A stretch of 56,738 nucleotides of DNA. Origin: Prorocentrum cordatum (Eukaryota). The notes beneath the pieces were generated by a model that had not been told where the DNA came from, made no database searches, and saw only the letters and a list, made by a program, of their open reading frames with translations. This document shows positions 24,101 through 39,489 of the stretch, in pieces. The translations under genes were made by a program, and so were the position numbers. The DNA is taken from positions 62,001 to 118,738 of the forward strand of contig CAUYUJ010000072.1 in assembly GCA_963575745.1 (NCBI GenBank), written 5' to 3'. How positions within the stretch are numbered: the first letter of the stretch is position 1; every line of letters begins with the position of its first letter.

Positions 24101-25455
24101 GCCAGATGGGATCCCACTCCCTGCGCATCGGGGGCGCGACGGCGTTGTACCACGCCTGTCGCGACCTGGAAGCGGTCAAGAGGTTCGGGAGGTGGTCCAC
24201 GGACGCCTTCCACGGATACCTCTGGGAGGACCATCGGCGTCAGGCTCCATTCGCCCGAGGCATGGCGGAGGGCCACGCCCTACTGGCCCCGGACGCCCGC
24301 GGCGATGACGGCCTCGCGGCCGACGCCCGCCCCGACCGGTTGGCCGGGAGCGACCCGCCCCCGTTTGGGAGCGACCTGAGGCCCTCGGAACGCCCGGCCT
24401 GGGCGCCCGGGCGCCCCCCCTGGGCGCGCCCTTCGGCGCGAGCAGGGTCAAATATGGAGGGGGAAGGAGAGGGGGGGCCGGTGAGATACGAGCCAGGGCG
24501 AGGAGTTAACGGGCGTGTTGGGAAGCAGCAGGCGGGTCCCACAGGTGTTCATGTCGGGGCGGGGGCTTCGCGTTGCGGGGGTATCCCGGTGGACCTCTCG
24601 CCCTCGACCCCCCTTTCGCTTCCGCCCCCGATCGCCCCAGGCACGCCCACCTCCTCTTGGTCCTCTCATCCGCAGCCATCTCCCACTCCAGAGCGAGGCA
24701 CGCGAGCAGCGCGCGCACCCCAGCCTCGCGCGCCAGCCGCGCCTCCGCCCCGCGCTCCGGCAGCGTGCATCATGGGATTCCTGGTGGGCCTGGTGGCCCC
24801 GGACCAGAGCAAGGCGCGCGGCCATGACTACAGCATCATGGCGGTGAACCCCCTCGGCGTCGTCGTCTCGGGGGCCGCGCTGTCGGACGAGCTCCGGAGT
24901 GCCGCCCACAACATCCTGTACGGTGGTGGACGAGCTGGACAGCGAGGACCTCGTCGAGGTGGTCAACCACGACCACGAAGCAGCCCCGTGCATCGCGGCG
25001 GCTTGCCTGGCCGCGGGGGCGAGCGAGGACCACGGCCAGCTGGTGATCGTCGACGGCAAGCGGGGCGCGTGGGGAGTGGGCGCGGGGCCGAATATCAAGG
25101 TCCAGCGCCAGGCGGCCAAGCTGGCGCTCGCCCTGGCCCAGTTCCAGGGGCAGCCCATGCCGGAGCTCCGCGAGCTCTGCAAGCACAACAGGGGGCTGCT
25201 CGACATGATGCGCACGGTGGACGCGGAGGCGGTCGTGGAGCTCACCGACGTGGACGACGCCTCGAGCAGGGGCGAGGGGAGGTCGACCCCAGCCCCGGTC
25301 CTCGAGCCGGGCGAGGACGCCGTCACCGCGGCGCTGGCGCGTGCGGCCATCCAGGCTGCAGCGCGGCGCCAGAGCAAAGGCGCTCCAGCGGAGCGCCCGC
25401 GGCCCCCGCGGTCCCCGGGCCAGGAGCGCCTCGCCGAGGAGGTCCGCAAGCGTGA
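21109..25455 (+). CDS. In-frame continuation of the polyprotein: RNase H + inactive C5-MTase fold + tyrosine recombinase + linker
   Basis: Same frame as 15775..21108 after one TAG (EAA*DDWHQ). RNase H: GGDAT, IAVVELL, VTDNSNV, HNELADFVTR. YR: FFMLRASEY, SKTDQ, HSLRIGGA, GRWS, HGY. The protein-like reading leaves this frame at ~24920. Confidence 0.9.
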   Translation, partial: DDWHQTLDWLRVCFEMPVEGNFETSFEGLLGLREALALPGALGKLRWLGGDATLDRIGALDWSSREYIVAEAAPYLETLRSAPGVTWQGEGEIIAVVELLCLIALAAEKGPDWFQLLLPYVTDNSNVSRWLRRRRARNAVARHLLRVLAMLELRYKFRVLDGLYLRTCHNELADFVTRATVEEVRQRMTEAGWTELSPAALWGELVEEAAQRELRMPGDDGPWRAAALQVKGAREALPRYAPLQVEGARLLEVGTAWPPFGEAWESLGGSALLAPWDVGDRWDPDDGDRPKDPTGAPRIRWLCASLSEDPGGREATGLERLLITTRPLAVLLDAPVNYAAVRLGARLRRLGYVALSPETRLLCTHFGDVTARARAVQVWGCGKRVRAPSLIPPLGQPCVEPRGLCQLWKEAGRPPLDELRLDLNNGTLLVDPRISTTGDRMMPWPRGTWQPAGGGRAQRVVIHDPRGPCHTARAKPDPLKGYANTLILEGSEGGWTARALHPKEIWCAQGGTAELWDVLGLGGMPIAERMRQAARALPRRTARWVLQWAERLLRQAVEAASAGEAPGARAGVGPDHDRLANDEMVKLWLKAWLQAPDRPSGPFEAALEAGKTTDDAARLADQLDPPATARSTAAGEDGAGGERVGAVTFAVPEGAGMPRPSATDGAGGEARPPRKTRRRTRSAPAPALVKPAAWRYAGGGAPKGVQGELTDPRELDATATEAMLAKLAEGTRANYSAGWRNWVLWRRLRGRSPYLQGETRDARHTDEDDLIRHVVYLYKVMKRRATTIRQRLFAIRYVHTLAGFGDVTSDRRRLWTTIEGLRRWDGKAKRKLPATPRMLRWLREYLFAHGTATRREATILWAALMTGYFFMLRASEYLVQEDRSWSMGRVVRGQDVQGLRGGTPSAWLSDCDEVALTITSSKTDQFNAGCVRNHYRSGVELRVVDALADLQRELPDRFGRGTEAGLPLFRRPDGHPIMREEVQGLLQLAAAACGVDAGQMGSHSLRIGGATALYHACRDLEAVKRFGRWSTDAFHGYLWEDHRRQAPFARGMAEGHALLAPDARGDDGLAADARPDRLAGSDPPPFGSDLRPSERPAWAPGRPPWARPSARAGSNMEGEGEGGPVRYEPGRGVNGRVGKQQAGPTGVHVGAGASRCGGIPVDLSPSTPLSLPPPIAPGTPTSSWSSHPQPSPTPERGTRAARAPQPRAPAAPPPRAPAACIMGFLVGLVAPDQSKARGHDYSIMAVNPLGVVVSGAALSDELRSAAHNILYGGGRAGQRGPRRGGQPRPRSSPVHRGGLPGRGGERGPRPAGDRRRQAGRVGSGRGAEYQGPAPGGQAGARPGPVPGAAHAGAPRALQAQQGAARHDAHGGRGGGRGAHRRGRRLEQGRGEVDPSPGPRAGRGRRHRGAGACGHPGCSAAPEQRRSSGAPAAPAVPGPGAPRRGGPQA
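21241..21645 (+). other. RNase H domain (DIRS type)
   Basis: Catalytic D-E-D-D pattern: LGGDAT, VVELL, VTDNS, NELADF. Confidence 0.88.
21853..22750 (+). other. Second, degenerate C5-MTase fold (no Pro-Cys, no ENV)
   Basis: RPLAVLLDAP (motif VI-like), LRRLGY (VII), LCTHFGDVTARARAVQV (VIII), RALHPKEIWCAQG (IX) and RQAARALPRRTARWV (X) occur in canonical order. Confidence 0.65.
23281..24230 (+). other. Tyrosine recombinase (core-binding + catalytic domain)
   Basis: TRANYSAGWRNW and TIRQRLFAIRYVH core-binding helices; catalytic R (23725), K (SKTD), HSLR (24115-24126), GRW and Y (24217) are all intact. Confidence 0.95.
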
Positions 25456-26971
25456 GAGGCGCCCTGCGCCCTTGCGCTCGCCCTCGCGCGCGAGGCGCCG
25501 CGATCGCGAGCGCGATGAGCCTCGCGATCGCGGGCGCAGGGGACGGGAGGAGGAGGCCGTCTTGAAGCCCAAGACGGGCGGCGCCCCCCCGAAGGCCGAC
25601 ATCGTGAAGCGTGAGGCCGTCCTGAAGCCCAAGAGCGGGGGGGCGCCGCCGCGGTCCTTCGAGGTGAAGACTGAGGTGGAGGAGACGGCGGCGCCAGGCG
25701 CGGGGGGCGGTCCGCCCCAGCGCCAGCCGCGCTCGAGGAGCCGCCGTAGGCGCAAAGAGGAGCAGCGCCAGGGCGCCCAGCAGCAGCCCAGTGACCAGCA
25801 CGACGAGGGCGAGTCCATCATCCGCATCGAGCGGGTACCGCACCACGTCGACGCCGAGGTGGTCAGGCAGGTGGTCGTGCCCTTTGGGGTCGTCAAACAC
25901 ATCGCCTTCCTGTGCGACCACCGCCACAAGCGGGAGCCGTGTGTGCTCGTGGAGTTCCAGCGCCGCGCTGATGCAAAGCGCGCGCGGGAGTGCATGAGGT
26001 CGAACTATCGGTTCTACAAGACGGACCCGTGCACAGCGGTCACGGAGTGGGCGAGTCGACCTCGCGGCCCTGACCCAGGCAGCGACGGGGAGGATGGCCC
26101 GACCATCCAGCCGCCTGCCTGCCCGACGTGCGCTGTCAAGATGCGCTGGAGCTCCTTCGACCCGGGAGACGGTTGGGGTTGCGAAATGTGCCCCGCGGGC
26201 GGAGCTAACAGCGGAGCCCTGCGGTGGCACTGTAAGGGGTGCGACGTGAGCTACTGCGAGGCTTGCCGCGTCGCCTTCGGCAAACCCAAGACGGCGGTGG
26301 AGAAGGCCCGGCAGAGCGGCCACACCGTGCGGGAGGCGCCGGGCCCCAGTGCCGGCCACGGAGAGCGCCCCAGCACGGGTGCCACGGGTGCGGGGGCTGA
26401 GGGGGACCGCCCGCCAGGCGACCTCAGCTGGCCCAAGCGTGAGAGGTCGCCCAGCCGCAACCGGCCCAAGCGCGAGAGGTCGCCCAGCCGCAGTCTGGCG
26501 CGGGACCCAGCGTGGGCGCGGCGCGGCGACACCCCTCCCGGCCGCACGCGGCGCAAGACCGGGAAGCACGCTGGGCAGCTTCGCGCTCCTCGCGGCGGCT
26601 GGCACGAGCAGGAGAAAAAGCGGCGGCGCGCTGCCGCTGCGGAGGCTGCCGCGGGCGGGGGTGGGATCCCAGCCTGGCGTGGCAAGGGCGCGGGCGACAA
26701 GGGCGGCAAGGGCGGCAAGGTCAAGGGCAAGTACTCCGGCAAGGCCGCCAAGGGCACCAAGAGTGGCGGCAAGGGCGACAAGAGCGGCAAGGGCGGCCAC
26801 TCCAAGGGCGACCAGGGCAGCCGCGGCCGGAGTGAGCGTGACCGGCCCAGCGCGGGCGGTCGCGCGTCGAGGGGCGGCGATGGCGGCAGCCCCCGGGACC
26901 ACAGTGAGCGCGGCGGAGACCGCAGCGGAGACGAGAGCCGCGATCGCCAGGGGAACACGCCATCCATCTAG
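24772..26971 (+). CDS. Element 3' accessory region: dsRBD-like + RRM + ZZ-like zinc finger + RS/KG-rich tail (one frameshift at ~24920)
   Basis: ORF 24899..26971 contains WGVGAGPNIKVQRQAAKLALALA, IRIERVPHHVDAEVVRQVVVPFGVVKHI...CVLVEF, CEMC...RWHCKGCDVSYCEAC, RERSPSR repeats and KGGKG repeats. N-terminal MGFLVG...AAHNIL is in the YR frame. Confidence 0.75.
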
Positions 26972-27060
26972 GCGTGGAGCTCCCCATATCCCGACGCCAG
27001 CGCCCGCGGCATCGCGGGCTGCGGGCTGAAGGCGGCGGCCTGTGAGTGAGCCGGCTTTCC

Positions 27061-27184
27061 TTTCAGCCTACCGTGCGCAGGTGGCGCCTGCGATCTTTTC
27101 AGCCTACGGTACGCAGGTTGCGCCTGCGATCCTCTTTCCTTTAGCCTACGGTACGCAGGTGGCGCCTGCGATCCTTTTTCTTTT
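27061..27184 (+). repeat. Three tandem 36-42 bp units, each with a cgcagg-N5-cctgcg hairpin and a pyrimidine tail
   Basis: agcctac starts at 27065, 27101 and 27143; each is followed by cgcaggt(g/t)gcgcctgcgatc and a T/C tract. Confidence 0.85.
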
Positions 27185-27488
27185 GAGGAGTTTGAACGTT
27201 GCGCGCACGTCGCGCGCTTCCTGGACCCGGCCGCGCCGCGCGCCCTGCGCGCCGTGCGGTCGGGGCCACACTTGCGCTCTGCGCCCGGCGCATCATGCGC
27301 CGCTCTTTTCTGTTCTTTTGCGCGCTTCGCGCACGCGCCGCGCCCGCGCTCTGGGTTCGCGGGGCGCGGAAGGCCTCAAGGTTGCAGGCAAGTGGCCGCG
27401 CGCGCGAGGCTCTTGCAGCCTCAGGATCCGCCCTCGCACTTCGGGCCGGGCGTTCCCGCGCGCGCGGCTGCGCTTTCTCTTTCCTCAT

Positions 27489-27698
27489 GGCCAAGCGGCC
27501 GCAGGCGTGCCAGAGCGCGAGCGCGCGGGCCGTCAGGGCCCACGCGCTCGCGTTGGGCGTGGGCCATCAGGGCCCACGCCCAGGCGGAGATGCGCGTCGC
27601 CACGCTGCCATGAAAATACCATCGCCCTGTCCTGGTCCCTCTCTCGTCCCCTCCTCTCCTCCTCTCCCTCCGTTGAGTGCACGCGTATCTCACTTAAC
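27489..27698 (+). repeat. Split direct repeat B1 (210 bp)
   Basis: ggccaagcggccgcagg...tctcacttaac; matches 27840-28049 with 6 substitutions counted by eye. Confidence 0.97.
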
Positions 27699-27803
27699 TT
27701 GTATAGTCTGATTGGTTGTAGACTGCAGGTTAAGTGGGAGGGGGTGTGGGCTCAGGTAGCCATTTTGGGTCCGTAGCGTTCGGCTCTGGCCGACGCGCGG
27801 GTG
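27699..27803 (+). repeat. Split direct repeat A2 (105 bp), abutting B1
   Basis: Identical to A1. The B1|A2 junction reproduces the expected circular-intermediate junction cacttaAC-ttgtatag. Confidence 0.97.
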
Positions 27804-27839
27804 CCCACCCACCCCGCTTTGCTCCCAGACGCCTGCGCG

Positions 27840-28049
27840 GGCCAAGCGGCCGCAGGCGTGCCAGAGCGCGAGCGCGCGGGCCGCCAGGGCCCACGCGCTC
27901 GCGTCGGGCGTGGGCCGTCAGGGCCCACGCCCAGGTGGAGATGCGCGTCGCCACGCTGCCATGAACATACCATCGCCCTGTCCTGGTCCCTCTCTCGTCC
28001 CCTCCTCTCCTCCTCTCCCTCCGTTGAGTGCGCGCGTATCTCACTTAAC
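27840..28049 (+). repeat. Split direct repeat B2 (210 bp), right end of the element
   Basis: Copy of B1 ending tctcacttaac, followed directly by host sequence ccctctcatccctgtaac. Confidence 0.97.
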
Positions 28050-29940
<1,891 letters not shown>

Positions 29941-30087
29941 TCCTCCTCCTCCTCCTCCCTCCGCCTTCCTCCTCTGATAGAATTCTCCTCACCCCCCATC
30001 TTTTGGGGAAGAGGAGTGGGGCAACGAGAGCGGTTCCTCTTAGCCGTGGGGTTTGGTGGGGGTCCCCTCGAGGGGGGGGGGGACTCT

Positions 30088-34503
<4,416 letters not shown>

Positions 34504-34698
34504 ATAGATTTTTCATTACTACTAGTATCCACACTGTGGATGGTACCACAATTATTGCCACCACGACTAGTTTCCTTTTTATCCCAACGAATATATGTGG
34601 TATTATTGTTAAAGCTGTTTTTAGTCTCATTCCTCTGATCCGTAACAGTTTCACCCTCCGCCGCCCGCTCCCTCCCTCGGAGTACTGGGGTATGCAAG

Positions 34699-34730
34699 GA
34701 CTTTGTTGTGAGGGTTGGCGCCGTCGCGAA
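34699..34730 (+). CDS. Putative small exon of the S1-domain gene (DFVVRVGAVAK...); 3' end uncertain (34730-34763)
   Basis: Acceptor tgcaag|G in phase 0. LK|DFVVRVG aligns with the other repeat ends MPGLSELVG and IRDLARKVQ. Several phase-2 GC/GA donors are possible. Confidence 0.45.
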
Positions 34731-37232
34731 GCAGCGCCAGAAAGCCGAACGGGAGCAATTGGAGATATGAGCGCGCCGAAACCTATCAACATCTTAAAGC
34801 AACGCGCAGATGTTGGCCTCTTGGACCCTTCCTGTGGGTGCTCTTGGAGCTCTCTCTCTGGGGCCTCTAGGGAGCCTCTTGTGTCGTATTGGGACCATCC
34901 TGGGCGCCTTGGAGCACCCTTGAGCCGTTTCCGGAGACTTGTTGTGATGCTGGGGGGGCTTTGGTAAAGTACTAAGTATTCTACAAAAGGGTTTCTTAAC
35001 TGGGGGACGTGAGTGAGTTATAATTTGCCAGGGATTGCGGTTTCGGCGGGCACGTACTGCACCATTTACGAACGAGTCTTGCCTCGGAGACGCGAGCACT
35101 GCGTAAACTGCAGGGGGTTACGGTATCGGGAGCGCGAGTGCGGAATACTTGGCGTTGCATGTTTGTTCTTATTGTGTAATGTACAAGGCATTCTGGCTTC
35201 AGGGGTGCGAGTATGGCGTAGTTGACAACAGATTTTGGTTTTCGGGCGCGCGAACGTCGTGAATTTTCACGTGTCCCACTACCCTCATTGAAATTTCGAG
35301 AAGAAGCCGGGGTGCGGGTTACCAGGGCCCTTTTCGGCTCCACTCCACCTTGCGCAGGTTTCATCCATTCACAGTAGAAGCAGGACACAGAATTGTGAAA
35401 CTGGAAGCTGGAATTAGAGCAGGGACGAGCAAGCCTAATCCGCGGAGCCGGATGACCCCGCACGGGGGCCGGTTGAGCTTTGCTACCGTTAGTTGGTTAC
35501 GATCAGTATAGGTCCAATTACCATCACCGCCCACTAGTGCTACTACTACCACGGCTACTACTACTATCATTATTACGACTATTTTGCTATTAAGTCGTTA
35601 CCATACGCTCCCTGCCGCCGTTTCTGTAAATATACAGCGTTATACGAACATGGACTTGATCCGAAGGTGTTTTGGATCGGAAGACTAGAAAAGGACCCGC
35701 GCGCGTGCCGCGCGCTTCCCCTCTCTCATTATATATTTTCTTACCATTTTGCTTAACGGACACCCAAACCTTACTTTCCGGCTGCCATATCCTTGGTTCC
35801 GCTACTATGGACCCCAAGTCTACGACCAGTACAACCTGATGATATTGGCCCTGTTGGGCTGAAGTTGGGTAACGATGGGCTATCAGCCGAAAAAGCTCCA
35901 TTCCAAGGAAGACCGACAATGTCGGTCATCTTGGGCCAAGTAAGATCATCTTCTCAAAAGACGAAGGACATGTGGGAAGTGACCTTGGCCCTAGAAAGCC
36001 AGGAACGTATGAGGTTCAAGTCGTCTGACTGAAGCAACCGACTTCTCAAGGCATCCAAGAACCAGAAGAGACGGTACTGGGAAATTCCACCGCGCCCACA
36101 CGTCAGTTTTCCCCTATCGAGCGGGACAACAACGTCATCCTTCAGATGGTTTCATGGAGTCCTTACGCTCCCATTCGTCGTCCATCCCCTGCCGGCGACT
36201 CGATGCGAAACGATGGCGCCCCTGTCAACCGTGGGAGGCCAGATACGCCTCTTCCCGACGATGAATTGGACGAGGAAGAGGAATGGCATGGAGGCGAAGG
36301 TCGCCCACGCAACCCATTACCTGACGATGTCGCGCAAGCCTACGTCGTGAACTCCAGCTCGTCCGGCGAGGAAGGCGATGTGAAGACTCCGACCAATAAG
36401 AAGGATACCAACTCCATTTCGAGCTCACTGGAGATTCTTGAGACGTCAACCCTCGACAGCACGCCGACGAGGCAGATCACGGACCATGCCCGACGCACGG
36501 CAGACAACGCGAGCCCCGACGACGACGATGCTCACCCTGAGGATCCAGGGGCCTCATCCGGTGGGGCCGCGACAGAAGCACGACATGGAATGACCCCGAG
36601 AGAGGATCCGGCAAATGTCAAGCTACCCCCATACGAAAGGTGCCTAAAGACTGAACCTGGCGGATCGGGCATCCATGACGAACCCCATCCAGTCCCTCGT
36701 GCCAGATCTCGCGGGAGACAGCTCTTTGATTCACCGAGCTTGATCTTCCGGAGGTCGCGCTCGGGAAAGGGCTATACGCGCCCATTTCGCAGGGCCTAGC
36801 AGGCGTGGCACTTCCTCGACACCAGAAGGGGGTGCGCAGGGGGTGGTCTCTCTATACGCGCCCATTTCGCAGGGCCTAGCAGGCGTGGCGCTTTCCCGAC
36901 GCCGTATGGGGTGCGCAGGAAGTGGTCCGTCAGCGCGGCCGTCATCCGATTCGGTCGTTCAAGGCATAGCAAGAGTGGCACTTTCCCGACACCGTAAGGG
37001 GTGCGCAGGGGGTGGCCGCTGAGAGCGGCCGTTATCCGAGCATGTTTCGTGGGGTTTTGGTTTTCTTCCCTGCCGCGTCGTCCTGGCGTCTCAACATTCT
37101 GGGTCGTCATAGGCCGAGCTCCCAGCACGATTTGGTAACACCTCCGGGTCGTCAGCGTGGCACGCTTGCGTGGCGCGCTGTCGATGGGCGCGTTTTGCGC
37201 TGCAACAGTGGGTCGCCGAGGCGGTATGGGAA

Positions 37233-37580
37233 TGTTGTCGGCCCAGCGGGCTTGCAGAGCAGCCAGTCGGTTCGGTTGCTTGATGGCTGCCGCAGCGTAT
37301 CGGAGACCTCGATGCCAAATCGGGGCATCCTGGTTAGTATATCAATGGCGAGGGTGCGAGGAGGAGGAGAAGGAGGCTATCATCACTCCAGCCATAATAT
37401 AAGTATGTGGGTTTCCTCGGTAGCGTAATCTTGATGTTGTAGTGAAGACGTAGCTTGCCTAGCTCAGGTCTCCGTGCTTGCATTAGGTATGATACATCTA
37501 GTTCGTATAGCTTGATGCGTGTGCAGAGCGATTAGTTTATCCCTACTGTTTGTGGCCCTCCAAACTTACCCCTCTCAACA
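37233..37580 (+). mobile_element. Possible 348-bp LTR (TGTTG...CAACA)
   Basis: 5-bp inverted termini, weakly purine-rich sequence immediately upstream, AT-richer interior; no second copy in the window. Confidence 0.3.
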
Positions 37581-37739
37581 GGGTAAGGGCCCTTTAATTG
37601 TTAAACAGTAGTGGCAGCGTCTCGATTGTGTGGTCAGGAAGCCAGGCGTCTGTATTGGCGAGCTTTCGTGTCCTGCACATCGCGTCCTCCGACTGGGCTG
37701 GGGCCCTCCGGAACAAGATCGCTCTCCAGTCGCAGCCAG

Positions 37740-37768
37740 GGCCATCACTTCGAAGGAGGTGAAGATAG
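37740..37768 (+). CDS. Putative 29-nt micro-exon of the S1-domain gene (AITSKEVKIG)
   Basis: ccag|G acceptor and ATAG|gc donor. The phase-1 end completes Gly with the GC starting the 43003 exon; the peptide parallels IRLEDLKEG. Confidence 0.55.
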
Positions 37769-38438
37769 GCCATCCCGCGGGAGAGGAGCGAGGAGGAAAA
37801 GGTACCCACACCGCCGCTACCATTCCCTCGTCTTCCCTTTTTGGGGCCTCCTGGGAGGCCCTCGTCGCCTCCCCACAGGGGAGTAGCAGTATCGGTTTCT
37901 TGTGGTTTCCTCAGTCCCACGGGAGAGGAGCGAAGGAGGAATGATCAGTATGAGGACGAAATTGGGTATGATGGCTGGAGAGGATGATGCGTTGCTAAAG
38001 GACGAGGAAAGCGATCCAGAAGAGGAATCTCATGAGGATGACAATGGAGGATGGAGGAGGAGGAGGGCGAGAGGAAGGAGCGAGGAGGAGCGATAAGGAT
38101 ATCGGGAGGGATCAGTAGTGGCAAGGTGCGGGGAGCGAGGGAGAAGAAGGAATACAGGCAGCCAGGCGTTTCAGAACCCTCCAGAGTCCCTCTCCGCGTA
38201 TCATGTTCCCCCTATCCTCCCCCTCCTGCTACAGGACCCCTGGTCGCCGCCCGAGGCTTCCCGGGGGCGCATCGCTGATGCCATCTCCCCCCCCTCCTGC
38301 TCTCGTTCCTCCACCCTCCTCCCTCGGCACCTCCTGCTTCTCCCCTGTCCCGCCTCCCCCTTCCTCTCCTCCTCTTCCCCCTTGTTGAATCTTCTTTCTC
38401 GTCCAGACATCGAGCGTCACCCCAGTGAGCAGCCACAA

Positions 38439-38529
<91 letters not shown>

Positions 38530-38915
38530 CGATGCTGACGATGATGATGATGACGATGATGCTGATGCTGATGCTGACGCTGATGCTGATGCTGATGCTG
38601 ATGCTCATGATGATGATGCTGATGCTGATGCTGATGATGATGATGATGATGATGATGATGGTGATGGTGATGCTGATGATGGTGGTGACGATAATGATGC
38701 TGCTGCTGCTGATGATGGTGCTGATGATGATGATGATGCTCAAGGTGATGATGGCATTCTGAGTGATGGAGAGGTCGCAGAGCAGTATGATAACGATGTG
38801 TCACTTGGGGCTGGGACCAAGATCAGGAGCGATTGCATACCCGTGCAATGTCAGCGCCACGTTTGGACCCGCGCAGGTAGTGAACTCCGCCTGATACCCT
38901 TCGTGGACGTTCGGG
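38439..38915 (-). repeat. (GAT)n tract plus a ~130-bp dispersed repeat; second copy at 41736-42151
   Basis: tcagcgccacgt...cgcgc(a/g)ggtag(t/c)gaactcc(g/a)cctgat...gtggacgttcgg follows a (GAT)n array in both copies. Confidence 0.65.
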
Positions 38916-39392
38916 GAGATCGGTTGCGCTACAGGTGATGTTTTATGTCAGCGCATGTCTTTGGCAATACTAGCCGCCCATAGTGGCAATGTCGCTTGAG
39001 ACAACCTCACAAAATAGACATACCGCAGGATCGTATTTAAAGCGTCGTTCATTGAATACGAATCTCGCGCTGCGAACATTCTCGACCCATCGAGATGCTG
39101 GCATCGCTCGCGAAGTCTTGGTGTATTCGAATGTGGGCATTCGCGCAGCGCATCCTCGAAAACATGGACATCCTCAATACGTACGTTCGGAAGAGTCTTC
39201 GGATTTGTTATGTCACGATGAAGGTGTCTCAGGCGATGCGCCTTTGATGATGATGGCGGTGGTGATGGTGATAGAGATCGTGTTGGCCGTGTTGGTGATG
39301 ATGGTGATGATGGTGGTGTTGTTGTTGATGTTGATGAGGGTTCTGATAATGGTGGTCATTGTGATGATGGTGTCCATGTCGGTGTCGATGGC

Positions 39393-39434
<42 letters not shown>

Positions 39435-39489
39435 CATGATCATGATCATGATGGTGATGATGATGACGACAGCAGACAGAGACAGCCAG

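Larger units (their letters stand above)
12484..28049 (+). mobile_element. Full-length tyrosine-recombinase retrotransposon (DIRS order, Ngaro/PAT-like split direct repeats) carrying cytosine methyltransferase domains
   Basis: Repeat order A1(12486-12590)-ORFs-B1(27489-27698)-A2(27699-27803)-spacer-B2(27840-28049). RT, DIRS-type RNase H and YR motifs are present. Joining the flanks gccAC + ccctctcatcc recreates the empty host site seen at 29153-29168. Confidence 0.95.

Noticed and set aside
24920..25455. C-terminal tail of ORF 21154..25455 as real protein
   Set aside because: Low-complexity off-frame reading; the protein-like sequence continues in the 24899..26971 frame.
24448..26902. Minus-strand ORFs of 515 and 688 aa
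   Set aside because: Antisense shadows of the GC-rich + strand ORF that carries the recognisable motifs.
12484..28049. Interpretation as a prophage/integron, LTR element or DIRS1-type ITR element
   Set aside because: RT/RNase H with YR and no DDE integrase; termini are split direct repeats, not LTRs or inverted repeats with an ICR.
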